Shown one piece after another: positions 12,753-26,050 of a stretch of 64,000 bases of DNA. Where the stretch lies: NCBI RefSeq assembly GCF_004010195.1, contig NC_057734.1, forward strand, positions 31,600,466 to 31,664,465, given 5' to 3'. Numbering within the stretch: the stretch's first letter is position 1; every line of letters starts with the position of its first letter. Under the pieces are notes generated by a model. The model searched no databases. It had not been told where the DNA came from and saw only the letters and a list, made by a program, of their open reading frames with translations. The translations under genes were made by a program, and so were the position numbers. This stretch comes from Chiloscyllium plagiosum. Its lineage: Eukaryota.

Positions 12753-12801
12753 GTACTATATTTAGGTCAATGCCTGCTACCCTGAAAGTGGTCATGCTAC
12801 C

Positions 12802-13101
12802 TGAAATAACCCCTGCTCAGGGGCCAGTGTCTTGTCACCAAGTCACCCTTTATTTGCTTGTGCACTGTCGCCAGCCAGCTCGGAGTCAATGCCCTGAACT
12901 GAGAAGACTCTAAACTCTTGGCTATACTTTTTATTAGAAAAGGTGAGGAAATAACAAGCAAACATGTTTATAACTGAATTAACTGCACAGAGGCTGGTAT
13001 CCCATCACCATGCCACACTTTATTTACTAGTGCACAGTATACTGACCGGAGCTAGCCAGTTCGGAGTCAATCCTCTAAATGGAGAAGATTATAACCTCCT
13101 G
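12802..13101 (-). mobile_element. Two partial LTRs related to the Gypsy LTR at 36382-39946
   Basis: Reverse complement reads aaataaagggtgacttggtgac...ttatttca, like the LTR 3' ends at 38254-38373 and 39827-39946. Confidence 0.6.
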
Positions 13102-13104
13102 GTC

Positions 13105-15020
13105 ATGTTGGTCATAAAGTCATAGAGATGTACAGCATGGAAACAAACCCTTCGGTCCATACCGACCAGATATCCCAACCCAATCTTGTCCCACCTGTCA
13201 GCACCCAGCCCATATCCCTCCAAACCCTTCCTATTCATATACCTATCCAAATGCCTCTTAAATGTTGCAATTGTACCAGCCTCCACCACATCCTCTGGCA
13301 GCTAATTCCATACACGTACCACCCTCTGCATGAAAAAGTTGCCCCTTAGGTCTCTTTTATATCTTTCCACACTCACCCGAAACCTATGCCCTCTAGTTCA
13401 GGACTCCCCGACCCCAGGGAAAAGACTTTGTCTATTTATCCTATCCATGCCCCTCATAATTTTGTAAACCTCTATAAGGTCACCCTTCAGCCTCCGACGC
13501 TCCAGGGAAAACAGCCCCAACCTGTTCAGCCTCTCCCTGTAGCTCAGATCCTCCAACCCTGGCAACATCCTTGTAAATCTTTTCTGAACCCTTTCAAGTT
13601 TCATAACATCTTCGGGACCAGAAGTTTCTACCTAAGGTGTCTTAAATGGCTCCCTGTCCAAGTAACTTCAGAAAGACACATGACTTTCCCTGTGGAATCA
13701 AACTGCAGCCAATATGTAGAAAATCACTACACCTCCAATTTTGGTGTCATCTGCAAACTTACTAACTGTACCTCTTATGTTCGCATCCAAATCATTTATA
13801 TAAATGACAAAATGTAGAGGACCCAGCACCGATCCTTGTGGCACTCCACTGGTCACAGGCCTCCAGTCTGAAAAACAACTCTCCATCACCACCTTCTGTC
13901 TTCTACTTTTGAGCCAGTTCTGTATCCAAATGGCTAGTTCTCCCTGTATTCCATGATATCCTACCTTGCTAATCAGTCTCCCATGGGGAACCTTGTCGAA
14001 TGCCTTACTGAAGTCCATATAGATCACATCTACTGCTCTACCCTCATCAATCCTCTTTGTTACTTCTTCAAAAAACTCAATCAAGTTTGTGAGACATGAT
14101 TTCCCACGCACAAAGCCATGTTGACTATCCTGAATCAGTTCTTGCCTTTCCAAATACATGTACATCCTGTCCCTCAGGATTCCCTCCAACAACTTGCCCA
14201 CCACTGAGGTCAGGCTCACCGGCTTATAGTTCCCTGGTTTGTCTTTACCGCCCTTCTTAAACTGTGGCACCACGTTTGCCAACCTCCAGTCTCCGGCACC
14301 TCATCTGTGACTATTGATAATAGAAATATCTCAGCAAGAGGCCCAGCAATCACTTTTCTGGCTTCCCACAGAGTTCACGGGTACACCTGATCAGGTCCTG
14401 GGGATTTATTCACCTTTACCTGTTTCAAGACATCCAGCACTTCCTCCTCTGTAATCTGGACATTTTGCAAGATGTCACCATCTATTTCCCTACAGTCTTT
14501 ATCTTTCATATCCTTTTCCACAGTAAATACTGATGCAAAATATTAATTAAGTATCTCCCCCATTTTCTGTGGCTCTGGGGTTGTTAATCTGGGTCAATCA
14601 AGAATCTCATAGTCCACAAGTCAACAATGTTCCAATCACTGTGCTACCTTTATTCTGTGAGAGTACATTTACGCCGCCATAACATACCCCTCGAGGATGA
14701 CGACTGATGACAAGAGCTATCACCCCTCTCCGATCAACCTGGCTCATGATGTCCTGGGGATTTATCCACCTTTAACTGTTTCAACACATCCAGCACTTCC
14801 TCCTCTGTAATCTGGACATTTTTCAAGATGTCACCATCTATCTTCCATATCCTTTTCCACACTAAATACTGATGCAAAATATTCATTTAGTATCAGTGGC
14901 TCCACACAAAGGCCGCCTTGCTGATCTTTGAGGGGCCCTATTCTCTCCCTCGTTACCCTTTTGTCCTTAATATATTTGTAAAAACCCTTTGGATTCTCCT
15001 TAATTCTATTTGCCAAAGCT
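13105..15020 (-). mobile_element. CR1 LINE (relatively young; internal deletion and duplicated segment)
   Basis: ORF 13698-14282: ANVVPQFKKG...YKPVSLTSVVGKLLE...QHGF...DFSKAFDKVPH...GVPQGSVLGP...FADDTK. Confidence 0.92.
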
Positions 15021-15024
15021 GTCA

Positions 15025-15880
15025 GTAGTACAGGAAGTTTATCAACATAGCAACCTTCCAGACCAGGATCTTTCATGACTTCCACAGATTTCTGCTATCA
15101 AAGGCACGGTTGCAGCTTGACAAAGGCAGCGCTGCACTGTTGACCATGTGCTGAACCTTTTCATTGATAGTAGCTCCTCAGGAGAGGAAGTATTGCACAA
15201 ACTCCAGAGCCAGCCTATCACCATAGATGATACAGGGTATGCTCAACTGATCCAGTGAAAATCTTTGTCCTGTCCTGTGCAGAATGACTATTATACAGCA
15301 GTCAACTGCAAACTCAAGGCCATGAATGCCCACATTGGTGAGTTCTGTTTTCACCCGGAACCAACCAAAGTTGATACCGGATGCTGACAGCAGGTGGTAA
15401 GTCTTCTTGGATGAATTGGATAAGGATACTCAGATAGGTGCTGACTAAGGTGGGGGCAATCATACAATGTGGTTTGATCCTAGTCTGAATGTAAAAGGGC
15501 TCAGTTTCAAACCCTCTACAGTGGCACATACACTGTTACACAGCAGTGTCAGGATGGTGACAAACGTCAAAGGGGAAAGCAGAGGATCCATAGAGTTTCA
15601 CTGTTTGGAGAATCAAACACCTTGGTCTGGTCAAAGAAGTGGAACAACAATTCTTGACGTTGCTCTTGACATTTTTTCTGGATCTGCCTAGCCACGAAGA
15701 CCAAGTCTGCAGTGTCTCAGGATAGTCAAAAGCCACGCCGGGTTTCCGAGAGGAACCTCTCAGTGACAGGATGATGAAAAAGTTGTAAAGCTCTAAACTG
15801 TGAGGATAGAGTACATTACCTTGGCTTGTTTTCTTTAGCAGGTGAAAGAATAATCTAATTGGCATGACTGAAGTTGTAAA
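15025..15880 (-). mobile_element. RTE-clade (BovB-like) LINE RT remnant
   Basis: DTADLVFVARQIQKKCQEQRQELLFHFFDQTKVFDS and TEPFYIQTRIKPHCMIAPTL resemble RTE RT motifs. Confidence 0.7.
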
Positions 15881-16080
15881 GTGAGAGAAATCATCTCCTG
15901 TGGTGTGGGGGGTGAAGAGAGAGTGAGAGCAAGAGAACGAAAGAGCAAGAGAAATACACAAGGAAAAGGAAAAGCAACTGACAGAAACAGAGAGAGTTCA
16001 GAACAGGGTGAAAGTAACTTAAAATTAGAACCAGTCCATTCAAGGATGTCAGGAAGCACTTCTTCAGTCAAAGTGGAGTG

Positions 16081-16195
16081 GGGGTGACACAGTGGCTTAG
16101 TGGTTAGCACTGCTGTCAAGGACCCAGGCTCAATTCCACTCTCGGACAACTATCTGTAAGGAGTCCACACATTTTCCCCATATCTGCGTGGGTAT
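16081..16195 (+). mobile_element. tRNA-derived V-SINE 5' fragment
   Basis: gtggcttagtggttagcactgctg...ggctcaattcc A/B-box-like head. Confidence 0.65.
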
Positions 16196-16269
16196 CAGAC
16201 CATGCACATAATATCCCAAACAGCCTCACCATTGTGAGGGCACAGCTCTTGTGTACAGACAGCACCAAA

Positions 16270-16545
16270 AAGAGGAGCAGGAATAGGCCACACGGCCCTT
16301 CGAGCCTGCTCCGCCATTTTATAAGATCATAGCTGATCTTTTCGTTGACTTAGATCCACTTACCAATGCTCTCACCATATCCCTTATTTCCTTTATTGTT
16401 CACAAAAATATTTACCTTAGTTTTAAAAATGTTTACTGAAGTAGCATCAACTACTTCAATTCCAGAGATTAACAACCCTCTGGATGAAGACATTCCTTCT
16501 CAATTCAGTCGTAAATCATCTCCCTCTAATCTTGAGACTATGCCT
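16270..16545 (-). mobile_element. CR1 3' end fragment
   Basis: Reverse complement of the CR1 tail (ggctcgaagggccgtgtggcctattcctgctcct). Confidence 0.7.
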
Positions 16546-17845
16546 ATCTTGAGGAAGGAGGCTGTCAAAGCATCAGCTTTTGGTTTACTTGACCATAAGA
16601 TCAGTGCACAATGGCACTTCTCTCATTCATTCAGGATACTGGGCAGCTGGAAAGGGTTCTCTCAACCCCATCTCACCTAGCTAATGAATTAAAGTAATCA
16701 TGGCTTGAGTAATGGAACAAAGGTCCAAGCAAATATCCATCAAATGCTGACTGTTGTACTGGACTTAGTTCCCCACAATGATCACTAGCTGGTCCATGGG
16801 AGGCAGGCATGTGCTTATATGTTGAAGCCACAAAATCAGACTGAACTTGAACAGATTTGTTGTCCCTATGCTCCAGTCTGTGAATGGATCTTTCACACCC
16901 TTGTCTGCTTCCTCGTGCAACTCTGTCAGCTCCTCTACAATGAGGAGTCAAAACATAGACTTGGTGACTGCTTTGCAGTACACTTTTGTTCAGATTACAA
17001 GAATGTCCTCAAGCTTCCAGATGCCTACCATTTTCATTCTCCACCTTACTCCTGCTCTGTACTTTGTCCTTGGCCTGCCCTATACTTCAATATCTCCCAG
17101 GACATTACTGCAGTCGTTCCTCAAAATAATTATACTAATGAGCTAGTCTTGGTGTTGAATATTGAAATTCCCCAATTTGAAATACATTCTGAGTCCTCGC
17201 CACCCTCAGTGTTCCTTCCAGCAAGAGTTCAATATGGAAGAGTATTGATTTATTAATGAGGGGGACAGGAAGTGATAATCAACAGGAGGTTTCCTTGCCA
17301 ATGTTTTACCTGATGCCATAAAATTTCAATGTTAAGGACTACCAGGGCAACTCCTTTCCGTTTGTATATTACAGCATTCTCACCTCTGGTGGATCTGTCC
17401 TGCTGTGGGAAATGGCATAACCAGGGATATAGACATCACTTGCAAGGGTGTCCTTAAGTGTACTTGAATGGCTTATTAGGCTAATTCCAAGGACAGTTCA
17501 GAGTCAACCACATTACAATGAATCTGGAGTCACATAGAGGCCAGACCAGATAAGAATGGCAGATTTCTTTCAGATTTTATTAGTGAACTAGATGGGATTT
17601 TAAAACAATTGATGACGATTTCAGTTACCATTTACTGAGACTAGCTTCACTGAATTTAAATTCGATCAGTTTCTGCTGGGGATTGTAACCACAGCCTAAG
17701 CCTCTAGATTACCAGGGCAGTGACAATTCCACTACACTACTGTATCTTCCTGTTCATTAACGAACAGCATTAAAATTATAAATTTTAATTACTGTACAGC
17801 TAAATACTGTGGAAGATTGAAACAACAGTACTCGCCTTTACTTAC

Positions 17846-17914
17846 CATAGTTACAATATAGAAAGTCATAAAGTAAATGCGACTCCAGCTTGTAGTCTGA
17901 GATACCACGCCTTC
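17846..17914 (-). CDS. TPCN1: TPC1 exon 22
   Basis: EGVVSQTTSWSRIYFMTFYIVTM. Confidence 0.95.
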
Positions 17915-18026
17915 CTGTGGAAAGAGAGCTGCAGCTAAATTCTGTTACATACATTTGCAATTAAGCAGTAATTCAGTGGAATAGGTCTTATCTTTGGAGA
18001 AGATACTTAATCTCAAGAAAACTCAC

Positions 18027-18073
18027 CATAGTTATATACCAATTGTTTACAACAGTCAACTCAAACAATGTTA
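18027..18073 (-). CDS. TPCN1: TPC1 exon 21 (pore filter II)
   Basis: (V)TLFELTVVNNWYITM. Confidence 0.96.
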
Positions 18074-18156
18074 CTGTAAAAAAGGGAAAAAAAGGACATG
18101 ATTATTTTTATGACCTTTCTGCCTGCTCAACTAAATTACACCTCAATGTTACTCAC

Positions 18157-18269
18157 CAAAACTGTTAAGTATGTTATTGAAGTTATTGAGAGAGTAGTAT
18201 CCCTGTATCACAGTTCTGTCACCAATGGTCTGATTTTTCCAGCGATAGAAATCTGCTACCATGCTGTTA
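18157..18269 (-). CDS. TPCN1: TPC1 exon 20 (luminal loop)
   Basis: [37 protein letters not shown]. Confidence 0.95.
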
Positions 18270-21059
18270 CTATAAACATAGAAGTGGGTTATAAGCTGGT
18301 AGGTCAGAAAAGCAAAATAACTTGAATATAAAGTGAAGTACTCCAAAAATCACTTTGATACTACTGTGTGTCGTAAGTGGTTAAGGTGATTAAGGTAATA
18401 GCAATTCCTCAAATGTACAAGTTACAGTCAATAGCAACTTGCCAATAAGAACCATTTGAATGCAAAAGAAAAATACTGTAGATTCTGAAAATCTGAAATA
18501 AGATAAATTTCTGGCCATTTCTACGAAGCTATAATTTGGTTTATAAAATAAAGGAAATAGTAGTTTTCCTAACGACATAAAAAGAGTTATGAAGTAATTT
18601 TATTCTGAATGTCAATTTGTGTTTCCCTGTTTAATTGCTGTTTATTTCCCACTGTTACTTAGGTGAAGGGTAGCCTGCACAAGCACCAATTTACTTTTTG
18701 ATCTTTCTCTGCACCTTCTCTGTAGCTGCAACAATATATTCTGTATTCTATTCTATTACCATGATATATTTATGTAAAATATGATTTGCCTGGATAGCAT
18801 CTCGATACGTGACAATAATAAATCAAATCAAACAAACTATAATATTTTGGAGTAAAATATATAATATATAGGCAAAATATAATAATTTCCTTTCTCAATG
18901 AAAATAATGGTCTGGAGTTTGTAGTAAGCAGTGAAGTGACCGTTCTCATTGACGGGCTTGAAAAAAAACATGTATTAAGATCTTGCAATTTCTGTGGCAT
19001 CTATCTTAGCATTAATTTACATCTGGCACCAAATCAAGAGGATCTCCAGGTATCCAGCAACAGTAATGTTATCAATTTGCATATTCAGCCAATCATACTG
19101 AAGAATTCTCATTGACGGCAAACCAGGATGCAAGTAGCATTGATAATCTTTCATTTTTTATATTTTTCTCTGTAAATGTATATTAGATGCTAACTCATCA
19201 TAAAATGAAAACATTGTATAAAATGCTGGAATTGTTATCATACTGGAAAATGTTTACATTTCTGCAACATAAAAATTAGGCTCCTGCGGTAAAGCACCAT
19301 TTAGCTGCAGTATTTATGATTTAGTACATCATTAAAATACAGATTCCATGAACCTTTTGGGGTTAGGAGAGGAGGTTGAAACTGCATTAGCAGCAATATC
19401 ACAATGTAAATGAATAGTTCTTGCAATTTCAGTGATTTCTAATGGATCAAAGTGTTTGATGTAATAGAGTATCTTTGTGAACTCAATGAAAATATATTCC
19501 TTATATATGGGCATTTTTACAGAGCTCAATTTCAATGTTTCTCAGCCTTTATATGCCTCCATGCTTGATTTTTCTTGTCTAATTATTGAAAATGCTACAC
19601 AATAAACAAAGTACTTTTGAACTAATATTGCCCTAATGTAAGGAAACTCAGCAGTTAATATGCACGATAACAATAAACTAAACAAAGTATGTAATCTGAG
19701 CAATGCTGGTTGAAAGACAAAAAATGGCCAGAATACCTGGAGAGATTCCTATCACTTTATTACCTGTACTGTAATGTGTCCAACTGAGACAGCAGATGAT
19801 ATCTTACTTCAACATATTGCCTGAAAGTCAGCACCTCCAATTTTGCAGCACCCTCGCTCAGCACTATAGCTTCTTTCACATGATTAAAATGAAATTTATA
19901 TTTCCTGTTTGTTACATCATGTTTAGTAGTCTGTGACTCAGTGAAGGCAAACTGATTGATTAAAAATTCTTCCTGGTGCTTCCTCAGTTCACAGGTGCTA
20001 CAAGGTGGCACCCTATGGCAAGAAGGCTCAACTCACAAGCCTACAAAGTCTAAGGGCAACTTACAGACCCCCTCAGATAGATTTGGAAGTTTTGGCAGCC
20101 CTCCTTGTCAGGAGGTATTAAGTAAAGTCCTCAATATCAAGATGTTTCATTGTCTACAAGCATCAAGTAAGACCATGGGAAATCAAACAAAAAGTTTCAT
20201 TTTGTCTGCCAGGGTGCAGTGGAGAGTTAGGAGATGTACAATAATAATAAACACTGAAATGAAATTTTAATTACAGAAAGATTTGCTCTCTGCTAACAAA
20301 AGGCAATGGAAGAAATGGACAAACAAATCAGCTCTTTAAGTGAGCTAACTGTACTGCCAACAAATATATGCAATTGCATTTGACAGGGTGCTCAAATATG
20401 CATTTTCTACAGTGTTTTAACTACAGGTCCTAACTGAATCAATGTACTTGGAACAACTAAAACTTGAAATAATGCCTTCTCAAAGTGTGTAATATTTGTA
20501 AAAGACTCCAATTTGCCTTTGTCTGCTCCATTCCTGGATTAAATTTCTGTGCTATGCACCCAACTCACCTCATTTTATGCTTTATTCACCATCTCCTCAG
20601 CTGTCCAACTGCTACTGAGATTGCTCACTGACTGTTTCCAGAATCTCAGAATGAACACTATTCTTTTATATCAAATCTTTACAGGAAACATCTACTGCAG
20701 TGTTCATGAAGGTGGCCCACCAGCACCTCCTCAGGCTACTTGGGACTAGCAATAAATGTCAATCTTGCAAGCAATGGCTCAGCCTGAGAATATATTTTAA
20801 CCAACAGGTTGCGCAACATCACAGAGAAGGAGAGCAATTTTGGGGGGGGGAAGCTGTTATCTTTAGTGTATAAGCCCTTTCACTTTTGCTGTGATAGTTC
20901 ATTTTCTAAATAAACTCGTAATGTTTTCAGCACTAGGACAAAAAAGAATACCCTATCAACATCAGCAAGTTGCAGAATAAGAAACTGCAGGGACATGAAA
21001 CAGACTAGACAGACAGACTGTAACAAATTAGTGGAGTAAACTGATCACATGCAGTTCAC

Positions 21060-21950
21060 AAATTGTGAATGTGACATCCTTGAGAAAGTGGTTGAGAGTT
21101 CCATTCATGAAACACTTCAGTCGTTTGCTGTAGGTATGCCACAATGTCATTAGCAATGGAGTTCCAGGAATTTTACCCAGCGATACTGAAGAAATAGTGA
21201 CTACTTCCAAGTCTGGATGGTGAGTGAATTGGAAGGGAACTTGTAGGTTGTTCCAGTATCTCTGCCCTTATCCTTATAAATGGTGGTGATTATGAGTTTG
21301 GAAGATGCTAAAGAGCCTTGATGAGTTTCTGCATTGCATCTTATAGGTGCTACAAATTGGTGCTGCTCAGCAGTAGTGTGGAGGGTGTGAATGTTTGTTG
21401 ATGTGGTGCCAATTAAGCTTGGTCAATGAGTATTGACAAGCTTCTTGAATATTGTTGGAGCTGCACATATCCAAGCAGTTGTGGAGTATTCCATCACTCT
21501 CCTGACTTGTATCTTTTACATTTAGAAAGCCAGGAGGTGAGTTACTTGCTGCAGAATTCCTAGCCTCTGACCTAATTTTGTAGCCACAGTATTTATATAG
21601 CTAGTCCCATTCCATTTCTGGTTAATTATCCCCCACAGGATGACAACAGTTTGCATTGGTAATGCTACTGTCAAGGGGCTATGGTTAGATCCTCTCTTAT
21701 TAGAAATGGTCACACCTGTGTGTTATAAATGTTACTTTTCACATGTTAGCCCAAATCTGGATATTGTCTAGGTCATACTGCTTTTGGACATGGACTGCTT
21801 CAGGCTCTGAGGAGTTGTAAATGATGCTTAATATTGTGCAATCATCTCCACTTCTGACATTATCATAGAGACAAATTAATTGATTAAGCAGCTGAAGATG
21901 ATTGTGCACTCAGACATGACCCTGAGGGGCACTTGCAGAGAGGTCCTGGA
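21060..21950 (-). mobile_element. Degenerate non-LTR retrotransposon RT/3' fragment
   Basis: ORF remnant WNGTSYINTVATKLGQRLGILQQVTHLL; resembles the element at 23860-26050. Confidence 0.6.
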
Positions 21951-22111
21951 ACCTTCTACTTTGAGGAACAAAACCCATATTTTCTTTAGGGAAGGCCCTT
22001 TATGTCCAAGGTGAAACCAAGATATATCCAGTCACGTGACTTTATGGCTCTGAGAAGTACTCATGTGATCTTGGTTGCTGTAGAACTAAAACATAGGATA
22101 AATAGACGTTC

Positions 22112-22390
22112 CAAATACAGAAAATTCTGGAGAAACTCAGTAGCTGGAAGCAAAAAGAAAAAATGCTGGAAAATCTCAGCAGGTCTGGCAGCATCTTTAA
22201 GGAGAGAAAAGAGCTGACGTCTCGAGTCTAACTGATTCTTTGTCAGTAGCTGGAAGTATTTGTGGACAGAAGAACAGAGTTCCACTATGACTTTTTCAGA
22301 ACTGAAATGCTGCCACACCTGATGAAATTTTCCAGTATTTTCTGTGTTTGTTTCGGATTTCCAGCATCTGCAGTAAATTGCTTTTATTTA
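22112..22390. mobile_element. Nested Penelope pLTR fragments; inner insert 22151-22242 has a 14-bp TSD
   Basis: tcagtagctggaag occurs at 22137-22150 and 22243-22256. Confidence 0.7.
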
Positions 22391-23070
22391 GTAAACAGTT
22401 AATTAGGACATTGAATTATAGCTTGAGTTCAACAGATGGAGTAGACCACAGTGCAGGAAACAAAGAGATCCCGGTGAAGAAAAAGGGAGAAGTTGTTCAG
22501 GATAGAACAAAAACTGGATGTTGTAGAGGTAAGGCAGATGAAGCTGTGGCAAGGAGATCTAAAAGCTGGGTTCTGAGAGCTGAATGTAAGGATTGGAAAG
22601 ATATGCCTTTTGGGTGCCTGTGGAAATTATAAGTGGTGAGATCTAAAGGAACTTTGGGCTTACCTGATTGAGTAAAGGAACTTATTCTCCATCTCGGTAA
22701 TAGAGGGCTGTGAGATTGTGTGGCAAGTATTTTGCCATTTATGCTGAAGAAGGATTGCTCACAGTTTTGTATGATGTACCTTAGTTTTATTCACCATTTA
22801 AAGTAAAATTTACCTCATTAGTTGACATATCCTTTACCTGTTAATTAAATTAATTATGTTGATTTTGGTGTTGTTACTGTGCAAGTTCTTAAAAATGAAA
22901 TTTTACCCATCAGTCTTCTTTCTGTTTATGTTATGTTCCTTTCTTTTAAAGGAATTATTCATTTCTACGGGGGTTGTAACAAGAGGAATCAAAGAGTTTT
23001 AATTTTTGAGTTGCTCAGAAAATCTATATAGATTACAGTTAAGTATTTTTATTCCCAAGGATGGACTTAC

Positions 23071-23160
23071 TTGCAGCAGTTAGGATAGAGAACATCACCA
23101 AAGAACTCCATTCCCACAATTGCAAACGAGTAGTAGAAGATCATGAGAGTTAACCCTAAA
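23071..23160 (-). CDS. TPCN1: TPC1 exon 19 (IIS5)
   Basis: (S)[29 protein letters not shown](N). Confidence 0.96.
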
Positions 23161-23237
23161 CTGGGAGGCATAGGGAAAACATTACACTTTGTAGTAAAGT
23201 ACTTAAATTAAAAATTACATAAAGACATGTGCCATAC

Positions 23238-23309
23238 CTTGCCATTCTGGGAAGCAATTCAAACATTGTGTCCAGAACATCTCTGTATCTCCGTTTAATC
23301 TTAAACAAT
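23238..23309 (-). CDS. TPCN1: TPC1 exon 18
   Basis: (R)[23 protein letters not shown]; followed by a 77-nt intron. Confidence 0.96.
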
Positions 23310-23859
23310 CTGCAAAATAAAGTTAATTTAGCAAGTTAGACTCTTAATATATCAAGGTGATATATTAAATAAAACTTTTTAATTATTTCAGGTAAAATAA
23401 CCTTATTCACAATTTCCTCAGTTAATTGCCAGTTGAGCATTAAATTGGGGGTAAATATGTTGTGGAGACAAAGAAGAATTAACATTTCATTTCCAGTGAC
23501 CCTTCTTCAGAACTGCTTCACTCAACCCGAAATGGTAACTCTGCTTTCTCTGCGCAGCTGCTGCCAGACCTACTGAGTTTTTCCAGCAATTTCTGACAAT
23601 ATCCCATGGAGCCAATTTGGAATCTCATACTAGCACATGGTGGAAACTGAATTTAATTAAATCTGGAATTAAAAGGCTAATAATGACTGTAAAACTATTG
23701 TCGTAAAATCCCATTGGTTCACTAATGTCCCTCAGGGAAGGAGGACTGCTGCTCTTACCTGGCCTGGCCTACATGTGACTCGAGACTCTCAGAAATGCAG
23801 CTGATTCCGAAATGGTCTGTGAGTTGTACCAATCTCTAAAAGGTCTCAAAAAATAAGAA

Positions 23860-26050
23860 TGAAACCAGGTGGAACAGCTGACATCAACTAAAATACTAAA
23901 TGAAAATGGCAAACTTAGATCTGTCAAACTTGCAAAGTCCTCTTTACCAACATCTGTGGGCTAGTCTTAAAATTGGGAAAGCTTTCTTCCAGACTAGCCA
24001 AGCAAAACTGATACAGTCATGCTCATGGAAGCATATCTTAAACACAACATCCCAGAGAAAAAAAAATCATCATCCCTGAGTATGTCCTGTCCTACATTGT
24101 CCTGGCAGTCCTCAACATTGACTCTGGACCACCTTAAGGGTCATGGCTCAGGCTAAACATAGTCCAGGAAACCTCATTTTGATTACCATTCAACACCCAT
24201 TTTGCTGTTGAACATCACATTGGAGGAAACACTGAGGGTGCAAAGGCACAGCATGTACTCTGGATGGGGGGGATCTTCAATGCCATCACTAAATATGGCT
24301 TGGCAGACCAGACCATTACTGAGTGAGCTTATAAAGTCCCATTTCACATAAAAGCTAAACTGACTCTAAAGGCAGGTGGTGAGGGAACCAACAAGAGGTA
24401 AAAACATACTTGACCACATCCTCACCAATCTGCCTTCTACAAATGCATCTGTCCATGACAGTATGTAAGGGTGACTACTGCACAGTCCTTAAGCAGATGA
24501 AGTCCCATCTTCATATTGAGGGCACCCATCATGTGTCATGTGGCACCAGCACTGTACTAAATGGAATAGATTTCTAATAGATCTTACAACAGAAGATTAG
24601 GTATCCATGATGTGCTGTTAAACATCAACAGCAGGAGAGCTGTATTCAAACACAACCTGTAACGCATACTTCCCCTCCACCATTAACATCATGTTAGACG
24701 ATCAATCCTGCCTCAATGAAAGATGCAGGAGGATAACCCAAGAGCACCACCAGGCACACCTAAAAATGAGGCAACAATCTGGTCGAGCTATAAAGCAGGA
24801 CTAGTTACATGCTAAACAGCATAAGCATCAAATAATAAGCCAAGGATAAGCAATCCACAACCAATGGATCAGGTCTATGTTCTACAGTCTTGTCATGAGT
24901 AAGGTAGAAAATAAACACCTCCGTGAAGGGGGAGACTCCACAAACATCCCCATCCTCAGCCATGTGGGAGCCCAACACGTCAGTGCCAAAGACAAGGCTG
25001 AAGCATTTGCAACAACCTTCAGCCAGATGTACCATGTAAATGATCCATAACAGATGCCAGTCTGGAATCAATTTGATTCACTCCACATGAGGCATTGATA
25101 CTGCAAAGAAATATGGGGCCTGACAGCAACAGCACTGAATATGTGCTCCAGAACTTGCTACAACCCTAGCCAAGCCTTTTCAGTACAGATACAACACTTG
25201 CATGTATCTAACATTGTAAAAGAAAAATCCAAATTAGGCCTGATACACAAAAATTGAGCCAAATACAAACTGGTCAATTGACTCCTTGGCATTCTACTCC
25301 CAATCCGAAATTAACAGAAGATGTCATCAACATTGTTATCAAGCACAACTTGTTCAGCAATAATCTATTCATTGATGCTAAGTTTGAGTTCTGATCTGTC
25401 CACACAGTTCCTTATCTCATTACAGCCTTGGTTTAAATATGGATAAAAGAGATGAACTCTGGATGTGAATTGAGTGACAGCACTTGACATCAGAGCCACA
25501 TTTTAATGAGAGTGGGAGTAAGGAATTCTATCAAAATTAGAGTCAATGGAAATCCGGGAGAAAATCCTCTACTGGCTGAAATCATACTTGGCACAAGGAA
25601 AACAGTACCACTTGTTACAGGTCAGTTATCTGAGCCACAGGATAATTTTACAGAAGTTCCTCAGGATGGTGTCCTGGATCTAACCACTATCAGCTGCATC
25701 AGTGATCTTTCTGCTATCATTCAAACAGAATTGGAGATGTTTGCTGATGATTGCACATTGTTCAGCATTATTTATGACTCCTCAGATACTGAAGCAATCC
25801 ATGTCCAATTGCAACAAGACCGAGACAATATCCAGGTTTGGGCTGACAAGTGGAAAGTTTTATTCATACAGCTCCAACAACACTCAAGAAGCTTGACACT
25901 ATCTAGGCTAAAGTAGCCTGTTCAAGTAGCACCAAATCATATAAATATTCATTTCCTCCACTACCGACGCTCAATATTAGCTATGTGTGTTATTTATAAT
26001 ATGTGCTGCAGAAATTCAAAAGGTGTCTTAGCCAGGACTTTCCAGATCCA
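23860..26050 (+). mobile_element. Degenerate APE-RT non-LTR retrotransposon
   Basis: LDHILTN-like APE remnant at about 24410; EVPQDGVL...MFADDCTLF RT remnant in ORF 25506-25916. Confidence 0.75.

Noticed and set aside
13698-14282. Active or domesticated reverse transcriptase gene
   Set aside because: The CR1 ORF2 is broken by a deletion right after FADDTK and by upstream frameshifts.
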